Shown here: piece after piece, positions 25,493 through 37,400 of the stretch
How positions within the stretch are numbered: position 1 is the stretch's first letter
How the letters are laid out: each line of letters starts with the position of its first letter
Assembly: GCF_002113885.1 (NCBI RefSeq)
Contig: NW_018403780.1
Span: 12,438-76,437, forward strand
Source: Mizuhopecten yessoensis
Lineage: Eukaryota
DNA: 64,000 bases
Direction: 5' to 3'
Program-made: the position numbers and the translations under genes
Notes under the pieces: generated by a model
Told to the model about the DNA's origin: nothing
Databases searched by the model: none
The model's input: the letters and a program-made list of their open reading frames with translations, nothing else

Positions 25493-28400
25493 GTAAGTCA
25501 CGTGAAATTGTGTCATAAAAACAAGAGATAGCGTTCTAAAAACAACACGGATTATTGTGTGATATAACTAGAATAAAACCTCAAAAATGTCGAAGTTTTC
25601 GGGACAAATAAAACTATTCGACTTATCCGACGGTTCGACTCTACCGGGTTGTAAAGTGTAGCGCACTCGTAAGACCCGAGATGTATTCCGTTAACTGTTA
25701 TAGTACTGAATACTTTCAGTAAATAAACGTGTAATCGTCAGGTTTCCTGCAGTAAAATAAAACCAAAGATTTTATAGCAGTTTAATGAATTACAATATTC
25801 TCTACTTGCAAATACCGCACAAAATATAAATGCAAAGTTCATGTCTCAGTAGATAGATTGAATTATTTCAAATGCTACAAACTGACAACAGCTAATGGGA
25901 ATTGATCAAATACCAAATTATCAGGAGAGGGTAGAGAACAGACCTGCAGTATACAACTGCATAATCGTAAGAGCGACCTATAAGGGATCATCTTCTGTGT
26001 TGACTGAGTTAGGGTCATTGTACACCACATATTGTATCTGCTGCACTACTGCAACACTGTGTGTCTTTTTTCTATGTCGTCTCTACTCTTCATCCAAATG
26101 TGTCTCATTCGGCATCCGTCTTCATTTGACCCGGGTTGTTTGAGGGCGTTAGGTCCCTAAAACTATATACATGATAAGAAAACAATAATACATAATGACA
26201 CTCTCAGATTTATTTTTGCTGTTCCAGGAGCTGTGTAAGGTACCTAAGCTGGTGGTCGAGGGGGTCAGTTGTGATGACCTCAACCAAGGGGAGTTGGGGA
26301 ACTCCTGGTTTGTCACCGCATGCGCCAGCCTCACTCTGGAAAAGAAACTGTTTGAACGGGTAACTGCTTAATTCGTGTTCGTTTGCTTTGTGCAATAATG
26401 AATCTCTTCTATTTTCGTTATTGCTGTCATTATATTTTCAGATATAACTTTAATTTGATTACCATGTTTACAATTATATTATAATTACTTTTATATCTTA
26501 TGCACTTTCCTGATCATCAAAATAACCAGTAGCAATACTTATAAATTTTATGTAAGGGGAATATGTTAATTTCATTAGTATCGCAAAGTATTTTTGTACA
26601 TTATGTTACTTAGAAACTATTTGTTACGACTAGATCATAGACTATTATACTATATAGTATGAAATTAACTCATTTTAAGTAACATGTTGTCCATGAGCTA
26701 CTACTATTAAAACAAATGCTTTAAGCTTCCTATGCTTCCTCGAAAACAACGATTAAAATTATACTCTTTATATGTGAAAGGTATGTAATAGTCAAATAAC
26801 GTTATTACATAATACCATATCAGAAGGAAGGATAAACAATATCAGAGTTATCCTTAATGTACCTAAGTGTACACATTTCGCTGCTTAATTAGGAATTATT
26901 GATATTCCGAGTACAATGGTATGAATAATCAAAACCCTGACCTTACTTCTGTACATCTATCAAACAATACGTTTCTCCTTTATACAAAATAATGTATACG
27001 TAACACACACAGTCGTTATTTTGGATATCTAATATATATTTTTTCTCAAGACATCATGTCTAATATAAGAATTAAGGACTTTTGTAACGGTTAAAACGGT
27101 GTTATATGGACCTGATGGAGTAATATTGACCTCGCACTGCCTTCTCGGTCGATATCGCTCCATCAGGTCTATATAACAACGTATTGACCTCGACAAAAGT
27201 CCATAATTTAGAAGTATTATACAGCTTGTATACCGTCTATACCTCTATGAAATTGATTGCTCTAGTGACAAATAGATAGTCCCTATGGATTGAATGAGTC
27301 TGATTCAAAGTCATTAATCATAAATTAATTCACTGGATTTATATATTTGTATGGAAAATATATAGTTTAACTCATCAGCATTTCCATATCCAGTTCCTTA
27401 AATACTTTTTTCAAAGTGCTGGTTTAATAAAAATAAGCTTTCGTTGTATAGCTGCTTCTAAAGAACAATTACAAAACTGTCACTGTTGATCTGCAATTAC
27501 TATATTTTTGCAATGGGCCCTCATAAACATCAGCAAAGCACTTAAGTGTCATTACAGGGTGGTTTCTGTCATCTGTTAGGTTTATTCACCAGACTTCCTG
27601 TAGTCTAACTTGGTCAAAATTAATTGAGGCTGTTAATGTTCCTGATTACAGCAACAGAGACAAATTACACTCCATCTCTCCCTATAAACCTAGTAACAAA
27701 GCTAACATTAAGACTCTGGCTACACCATCTTTACCTAATATAAAAATTGTTTATAACACAAGCTATATAAAACTTTATACACTGGAACATGGCTTTACTC
27801 TCAAATTTGACATGTCCTCACAAATATTTTGTTAGAGAAAAATAATGATTTAGCATGGCATGGTTATTTGGCGAGTGGTGTATGTAGGTCACTTAATAAA
27901 CAGGCACACGAAGGTATGGGACATCAATGAGAGAGCTGCAGATCACGGGACATATTAAACAGCAGCTTATTCCCAGCACGTCTGCTATATCATATAATAT
28001 CATATAATATAAAACAAATCTTTTATTTATTATAGTATATAATATGAAGGCAGGGGCTGTCCCAAGCGCCTGCTCTCAGGATTGGAACCTGTGATAGTTT
28101 GTTTTAATTTATTGATATATTACGTATTATAACTGTCTTAACAAACTTATGATATAATGTCTGTATATTTTTACAGTTAGATGATCGATCCCTGCTTTTA
28201 ACTATATGTTTTATAGTGTGTAACTACATACGTGTACGATGTAATTGTGATATAATTATGACACTTTTATAAACAAAATTGACTTGACTTAACTATATAT
28301 CATCTTATATGCATTTAATCTTCATTATTTCTACATAATATTTAGATTTTTTTTTTTTTTTTTATTTCATTTTTTATTCGAAGTAAGAACGTTGACATTG

Positions 28401-31400
28401 TATCAAAGATTTATTAACATGATAGCGTGTTAATATTAAGTTAGATGAAGCGATTAGGTACGGGATATCATTATTCAGATATCGTAGAATGCGCAAAAAC
28501 GTACAGGCTACATTAATATATGCAATACTATTAAATACATCCCAGATGACCTGACATTATATGCTATGAGATGCCACACTGATACACTGACGTGTGGGCT
28601 CCCGTAGATATATCCTTCCTATCACACGTTTGTTATAAAGGTTCAAACCCTGAATGACTTTTATTTAAAGGTCTCCATGCCGGATTAGTCGGCCGTGTAT
28701 TGCTTACAATCGATAACAGTACCTGTGGTATGGACATTGTGTATTTGACAGGTTGTATATTGAACAGGTGAAAACTCATTAACGTGTCCGCGTTAACATT
28801 CCTGTATTGGACCTTTCCGTATGGTTTAAATGTTTACCGATTTACCTGTGTCATTGGTGAAGTATTGCTTACTATAATGTTAGTCCATTCTATATAGATT
28901 GTATACGATCAGATAACACCAACGATTTATTTACACGTCAATAAATCTTACATTTAAAAATATGTAAACATTTTGAGGAAAATAATGTTAAATGTTAATA
29001 CTGAAAAGGTCAGATATAAAGTGCCAGCTTTATAATATAGTAAGAGTTACATGTGTTGAATGGAATATCTTATTTTTATTAGCACTTACATCCAACCCTG
29101 TTATCTATTCAGATATGCGATATAGGCTGAGAACATACTGAGGTATTTATTTCAACGATTATATTATGAATAAACGTAAGACTAGAATAAAGGTAAATAT
29201 TCCTGTACCTGTGTGTAATTTAGTACAAAGAAAAAATAACTGCAAATGGATATAATATATACGATATGTACTTTAAAATGTCTCACTTGGGTTCTGGGGT
29301 TGGTTTTGCGGGCAGGTTTTCTTGTTTTTTATACATATCTAGCTGGATGACTAAGCCAAGCAGCTGATGCTACCGTGAATGGGGAAAAGGCTTGTGTACA
29401 AGATAACTGATAGAAAAGAGCTTGATCTGGATTTGTAAATCTTTTCACATGGGGTTCACGAATTTTGAGGGTTTAGACTGTTGATCTTCAATTAATACAT
29501 TTTTGCAATGAGCCCACATAAACATCAGCAAAGCACTTAAGTGTCATTACAAGGTGGTTTCTGTCATCTGTTAGGTATATTCACCAGACTTCCTGTAGCA
29601 TAACCTGGTCCTGTTAATGTTCCTGATTACACCAACAAATACAAATTCCACTCCATCTCTCCCTATAAACCTAGTGACAAAGTTAGCAGTGAGACTCTGG
29701 CTACACCTTCTGTTAGCCCACAGGTATGTGACCGTTGGCCTCTTGTTTATATTGTTTTAAAGTTACAAGAAGGAGAAATGATAAAGGAGAGCAAAATTTT
29801 ACATAATTGGTTTTTTCTGTTTAATCACGTGTTTTCGGTGTTCGCCGCCAGGTGGTGCCTAATACGAAGGAGCAGGACTGGAATGAGCGGGAGGAGAAGA
29901 ACACGTATGGTGGTGTGTTCCACTTCGTGTTATGGCGGTACGGGGAGTGGATTGACGTCGTAGTGGACGATAGGCTGCCAACCAAGAACGGCAAGCTGGT
30001 GTTCTGTCACTCCAAGTCCCGCAACGAGTTCTGGTCCGCTCTACTGGAAAAGGCGTACGCCAAGTGAGTAGCAAAAACTGTCAAAAGAAATACATCCGTT
30101 TTAATAATGACTTAGTGCTTCTTATATATACAATCATAAATTATGCACCAGTTTTTGATAGAATTTTTCTCACCAAATTTTTAGTGTATATTCTTTATCT
30201 GATAATCCAGCGTTACGTAAACGCTATCACTACAGTGACATTTCAAGTACATAGATACTTATTGACAAAATACAATATAGCTACTGTTAACACAAAATTG
30301 TGACATGTTGCTTTTTTGATGATGTAAAGAAAATACATTTTAATACCAAAAACAATATTTGAAGATGAAATATATACAAAAATCAACTCTCTGTATAAAT
30401 ATATCAGAACTCAGGTGACCGTGACTGTAATATCTGTTATTTTGCTTCACATAATGAGACAAATTTAATACACGTAACCTTTAATCTAGACGATGTGCAA
30501 TGTAAACAATCAGATGACATATTTTTAAAATCAAATAAATGCTGATCGTTTAGTCTGGTGCAACAGTATACAACAATGAAATGAAAAAATCCAAGAAAAC
30601 CCCAATTATATTTTTAAACAATAAAATTACAGAGAAAGATCAACCGGTGTTAGTTTAAAATTAACCCCTTGTATTTTATATGTATCTTCCATTACGATTC
30701 CAGGTTATATGGGGATTACGAGTCCCTCAACACCGGACGGACGGCTGACGCACTGGTAGACTTTACCGGTGGGGTGGCGGAGAAGCTTGCAATGGCGAGA
30801 ATTAACATTGACGACAAGAACATAAAAAAGCAGTTGTTTCTCAAGCTGAAGGACGCAAGCGACAACAGAGCACTCATGAACTGCAATATAGATGTAATTA
30901 TCTATCATGTTCGTTCATTGTGACCATTATAAAAGTTCGTTAGTGATTTCATTTTCATCTCTTTCAAAGTTTTACATTTCATATTGTACAACATAGCTTT
31001 ACACATTCATGAAAACATTGAAAAGACCAAACTTACACTCATTCATATCTACACGCATACACAGGTGCATACCTATAATACTAGTACAAGAACAGTTCCA
31101 CATTGACGTACATGAATAATAACCATACACATAACATTACAAATAAAAACTTAAAGCCAATGAGAAACACATAACTATAGACAGGAAGTGTATTGTCAGT
31201 GAGGGTTTTAGTGTATATATTATTAAAATATTTACATTAGTCAAAAACATGAAGTGATCAAAATCTATGGTATCCATGATTTATAAAGAGATGTAAGGTA
31301 GAGAGAACGTTTCATCATAATCTGCATTGTAATAGGTTTAATAAGCGTGACAGACAATCAGTATTTTCCATGATACAGGTAAAAATCAAGTATTATCAAT

Positions 31401-34400
31401 TTTGCACAATTGCACAATGTATGGCTTAGTATGTAACTAAACATGTTATTATCAGTGTTGGCAGTGATATATTGAAGGGGATATGTTTGGCTGAATTGCC
31501 AAGTATCATATATCGTGAGAGTTTTGCCGCGTAAGGATCTGTGTCGCAATAATATCTCGTGAGTTAATATTTGTGCGAAGCTAAAAAAACTTTCTTGTAG
31601 CATTATCACATTTTCATTCACGATAATTTAAGGGAATAGATAGAGATAAGGATCATGAGAGTTTATAAAAGGTTGTTTGGGTGCGTGCGGCACTCTATTG
31701 ACCTGTATGACCTACATTTCTTTCCTCAGTGTCAGAGGACGGAGGTTGGCAAGGAGACCCCCCAGGGTTTGGTTCTGGGTCACGGTTACAACATCACAAA
31801 GGTGGCTGAGATTGTTATAGATAAGAAACTGCAGGGCGCGGTGGGGAGTCCTGTTCTCAATATGGTCCGAATGGCCAACCCCTGGGGAACCATGGAGTGG
31901 ACAGGCGCCTGGTCTGACGAGTAAGTCACAATAGTGTCTTTGATTTGGTCAACAAATTAGAGAATACCAAAGCGTCAGCAAACTTGTAATTCGAACTGAA
32001 TATTAATAATAGTAGGACAAAAGTTAACAAAGGAAAGATTAATATGGAGAGTCATGACTTTTTTCGAAAAAGTACAAGAAATATAAGACCAGGTGTTTCG
32101 GAAGAGTAGGTGTTTCCATACATTCAAAATCACTTTTTTAAAGCTACCTCATGCATATATATCTACCATGTGTGTGTTTATATAGATGTTGACAACTCGA
32201 ATCACATTTCCAACACACATGCTTAACGTTTTATTGTATATACTTGTCTAGAATAAATATGGACATTCACTGTAGTTCCAGGCTTTCTATCATAACCCTT
32301 TACCAGAGAGATATCGGTTAACAGTTATCGCTCTTATGTCACGTCCATATTTATTGTAGGAACATAGCAGATAGACATTTTATAGGATATGTTCAACTAT
32401 AGCAATACAAGTCATTATGACAATTCCTATCTCATCCCTTAAGGGAGGTAATCTTTACATACATATTCTAACATATTGTCATGGTGTTATGAACATGTTA
32501 ATTATTTTTTGCAGCGCTCCAGAATGGAACAAAATCAACCGATCTGAATGGCACAAACTTGGTTTGAAGTTTGAACAGGAAGGCGAATTTTGGTAAGGAT
32601 TATGATTAATGTTATGATTATGATATATATTTTTTTTCAAAAAAATATGGAAAGGCAAAGTCTTAAAAGAGCGTAGCTTTTGTTGATCTCTGATATTTAC
32701 TGATTCAGAATACTGCTTTAAGAATGAGATAAGATAAACTTTATTTAAAGTCGGCTAGTCGAGGAAGAACAATAAAACACAAGCTCTAATGAGATTAAGA
32801 CCGACATAACAATAGAGGAGATAGGGGCAAGTCCGTTCTGGGAAGTATGGCAGCACGTCCGTTTTTTAACCGAACGAGCCCCGCCATGGGTAAGTTTAGA
32901 CAGGCATTCGGGTAAGTTCGACCCCCATTGGAATCATCTTAATTATGACGTCATAAAGCATGCAACGTCAGATTTAACCGCCAATTTTACGACTGTTTAT
33001 GTGTTGCATGGGCCGAACTTGCCACGGTATCATTGGCCAAACCTGTCCGGGCCCAAATTGATATTTCGATAAATTCTTATCGTACAGCAATATGGAAGTG
33101 AGTGCTTGGCTTGGCTTTCCTGTATAGCATTTGAAGCTGTCAGTGTGTTACACGTTTGACCGTAAAAAAAGTAGAAATTCCGAATATAGAAAGTTCGCAT
33201 AACTAGAAGCGAGATTATGATTTTCTTTTTAACCCCTCAAATGTAATTTTCTTATGTTTAGTAATTTTACATTAGAGTTTTTCTCGCCATTTTTTCGTGT
33301 AAATGTCCAGCCAACTAAGCTGCTAAGATCCTTAAAGTTAGAAATATAAGCTCATAAACAAAAATATCAGGGGTGGCCGAACTTGCCCGGTCTCTCGTAT
33401 GTAATTGTTTCGTATCATTGATGATTGGTAAAAATGTATTCACAATATAATTTTTGCATCAATGACGCCATTTTCTTCAAGTCAAAGCTAAAGTAGAATT
33501 TGTTCTTGTGCGTAGAGTATATGATGGGTCGGGTGGCGCAGTGGATAGCGCGCTCGTCATCACCAAGATAGCCGGATTCAATCCCGGTCACTTGCCCGAC
33601 CACGCGGGTTTTCTCCGGATACTCCAGCTTCCTCCCACATTAAGAACTGAATCCTCTGCGTGCTTCGGTCAGGGCAAAAAAAGAATTAATTAATATATTG
33701 TTAAAAAAACTGTTTGGTAATTGCTATAGAAAAAGTGCATATTTTATATTTGACGATAAGTCTAAGTAAATGTATAGAGATGTTAGTTAAAAAAGAAAAA
33801 AGAAAAAAAAGAAAACATTGTAATACTTTAATGTAACTGAGATTGTCTTTATAACGATATGTAGTCTCAATTCCTGTTCTATTCTGAAACACCGGATTGA
33901 ATTTCAAATTTTGTAACTGGTACTGAGGTGTGACAGGTAGTGATGCCAAATAAAATTAAACAGTTTCTGTCTGTAACTAGTTATAAATCGGCACGCGTTG
34001 TGTAATACGTTGCTGAAAAAAGGGCGATGAACTCGGGTTGGTTGTCTGGAAAATTATTGTTGATTGGGCATAAATGCATTATCAATTGTTTCTTTTATGA
34101 TGCATAAATAATCAAGCAATAAAACATGAGAATTGTTTTCACTATATGTAGATGTTCAGTGCATCTAGACACAATTGTCTTTGTTTCAAGGATACACTTC
34201 CAGTTTCCCCACTGGACGTCTACTTCTGGACGAAAAAAAATAAAAGCAATGTGTAGCAAGGGGAAGCAACTCTGTTTACGCACGCATATGTTACCATTGA
34301 AGAGCTTCGCTCTTATTAAAGACACCCGTTTCGTCTCGTAGAAGATCTATTATGATATAGCAAGTCAATTTAAAACACTATTTGCTTATCGATTAATGTT

Positions 34401-37400
34401 TTTCTATTGCAGGATGAACTTTGACGACTTTGTTGTAAATTTTACAAATGTTGACATATGTCACTTTGTAAACACTGCCATATTCAGCCTAAAGAAATCC
34501 TGGAATGAATGTGTGTTTCACAGCGAATGGACATATTCCGGTAGAAACGGTGGGAACGACTACAATAGCCCCACCTTCCTTAGTAACCCACAGGTATCGG
34601 CATAGTTACATACACGTCGTTCGACATTTATTGACACTTTTACCAATAGCAGGTGTACTTAACCGGTTAAAAAACAATACTGTTGGGTGGGTAGCAGATG
34701 TCACAAAAATGTTGCCGTATTAATTATTGTTTTTGACTGTTTACGTCATTATTATTTTATTTTACGAAACAATTAAAGTTGCTACAATCAGTACACAGTG
34801 TTATAAGATCAAAAAACGCCTGAACAGCCAGTTACAATTTTAAGTAAGTATTTTTTTAAATGTTTGATTCCTAAAGCAACATCTTTATTTTATCTGTCTA
34901 CAGTACGTATTTGATGTTGCCGGTATGAGTGACAACGTTATGTTCTCACTAGAACAACAGGACATCGTTCATGGTCAAGAATCCGGCCGCAAACTCAACC
35001 ACATCGGCTTCCAGGTGATGAAGGTAAGATTCTCTTGAATGGTATTGAAGTAAAGGGTCGTAAAATATCAGCAACAACGTCACAATATCTCACTTCCCGC
35101 GTTATACAATTATTAACATTTTCATAACCTCTTGTAAATACACGTGACAGCAATAGACAATGATATATCAAAGTGGACATTTTGAAGACAATTTCGATTG
35201 TTTTGTTTTCAGTTTTATCATGCTGCATGTCCACGCTAAATGTTTTTGAATACCAAATTTCCATTTTGACCTCCCCACCTTATGTGTTAAATACATGAGT
35301 TATCATGAAATGAAGCACCTATTTGAAAATGTTTTTTATATTTATAATTTTATATAATTTATAATGTAATGGTATATTTTTAATTTCATATAATTTATAA
35401 TGTAATGGTATATTTATAATTTTATATAACTTATAACGTGTATTTTTAATTTTATATAATTGATAATGTAATGGTATATTTTTAATTTTATATAATTTAT
35501 AATGTAATGGTATATTTTTAATTTTATATAATTTATAATGTAATGGCATATTTATAATTTTATATAATTTATAATGTAATGGTATATTTTTAATTTTATA
35601 TAATTTATAATGTAATGGTATATTTTTAATTTTATATAATTTATAATGTAATGGTATATTTTTTTATTTGTCTCAATTGAATGCTAAAACATTTATATCG
35701 GAATACACAAATATATCATAAATGACAGCTGAATGTCTGTGTTAGATATATCATAAATAATCGCTGCATGTCTGTGTTAGATATATCAGAAGAAATTTAT
35801 ATTTCTTTAAAAGTTCTATTCAGAAAACCGGTGTATTGACACGATATCTAGATTTCCTGCAAAAGAAAAGTGTGCAAACAAATTGAAATGTGTCTTTCTA
35901 ATATGAAACATAATGTGTTCTTTATTGTTGTTGATTTTGTTTTGATTTTATTATTACAGGTAGAAGAAAATCGAAAATTCAGAGTCCATATACCTGGAGA
36001 AAAAATGTACTGTTCGGAATACATCGCCGATCGTAGTATATATGGCATAATAAACTTAAAGAAAGGGCGATACGTTGTGTTACCCACGACCACAGACTCT
36101 AAAGAGTTAGGTCCATTTATGCTGCGGATGTACACTGGCAGCAAAGCCTCAGGAAGGTAGGTTATGTCCCTTTTCAAAATGTATCTTAATTTCTTAATAT
36201 TTAGGCTGTTTAACGACATATCAAATTAAGCAACTGGCTGAAACTGGCTAATACAAAACACCTCTGATATGAAAAGCACCAAAAAAATACTATGCAAGTT
36301 TACTTAGTTTACTAATATTAACTGTTTGGTAAAAATGCCTCGCTTTTATTGCGTATTTAGATTTTGATATATTGCTTCTTATAGAAAGCTTACCTTTCAT
36401 AATGCTTACAGCATCTCGTCAACATTTTGGTTGAAGTATATTGCGCATAATCACTACATTCAATTCTTCGTGGAGGAGTCCCATTATATGAAATAAAATG
36501 TAAATTATACCGTATATCAGAATTGTATTCGCAAGCACAAGTATTTTCGCTTTATTCAATAAATGATTAATTGGCACAATAATAGAACGCGAATGTTTGG
36601 CCACATTCGACAATCGACGCAAAAAAGTCCAAAGCTGAAAATTTAATCTTGAACAAGTTTGCGAATTTGGTGTCACACATAAAACCCCTGATATATGGTG
36701 TTCTATAAACGGTACCTACGCATTGATATGATACCCTCTGCCATTTTCTACTAACATCACATTTGATTAAATGCATTCGTGTAGTGGCAAGTTTGCATCA
36801 CCAAGGTATGTATACTAACATAACATCAGTATGATTCATTGTATTGCCATTGTATTGATATTGTATTGACATAGTATTGACATTGTATTGATATTGTATT
36901 GATATTGTATTGCATGTTAGCATCTCTCGTGCTGTTTAGTAAGAGTGGCTTGTTTATGTTGCTATATGTTGTGTTGTTTGAAGTAGTTTGAAGTGCCTAT
37001 TATCGTGATATTTTTTTTATATTTTGATAAATTTAGCCACAGGAAAACATACTGTATACCGGGATATTTTCGTTATAAAAGCGTCTTCTTCTTAAACAAC
37101 GTAAACCTAGATAAAATGTCACGTTCTCACATGGAAAATTTGGGAAGTGACAACAATACCATAAGGCGCTCTAATGAGCCTAATCAGAACATCGACTTTC
37201 ATCTCACATAAAGAAATAGCATATTTCCCTGCGAAATCCTGATGGGGACCATAAAACGTGTCCATAATCTTCATCAACTTTGTGTGTTTATCTTCGTCTG
37301 TTAGTGGTCGACATATATCACGGAAGTCAGACGATGATATTAATTGAATTGTTCAACATTTCAATTCTCCTTTAAATTCTATAATTTCCACCTTTAAATA

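Noticed and set aside
26303-26305. Selenocysteine or A-to-I/C-to-U recoding restoring the calpain nucleophile
   Set aside because: The codon is TCC, not TGA. Reaching TGC needs a C-to-G change, which known editing enzymes do not make. I saw no alternative Cys-containing copy of exon 2 in the flanking introns.
35319-35549. ORF ([12 protein letters not shown])n
   Set aside because: Translation of the 36-bp intronic minisatellite.
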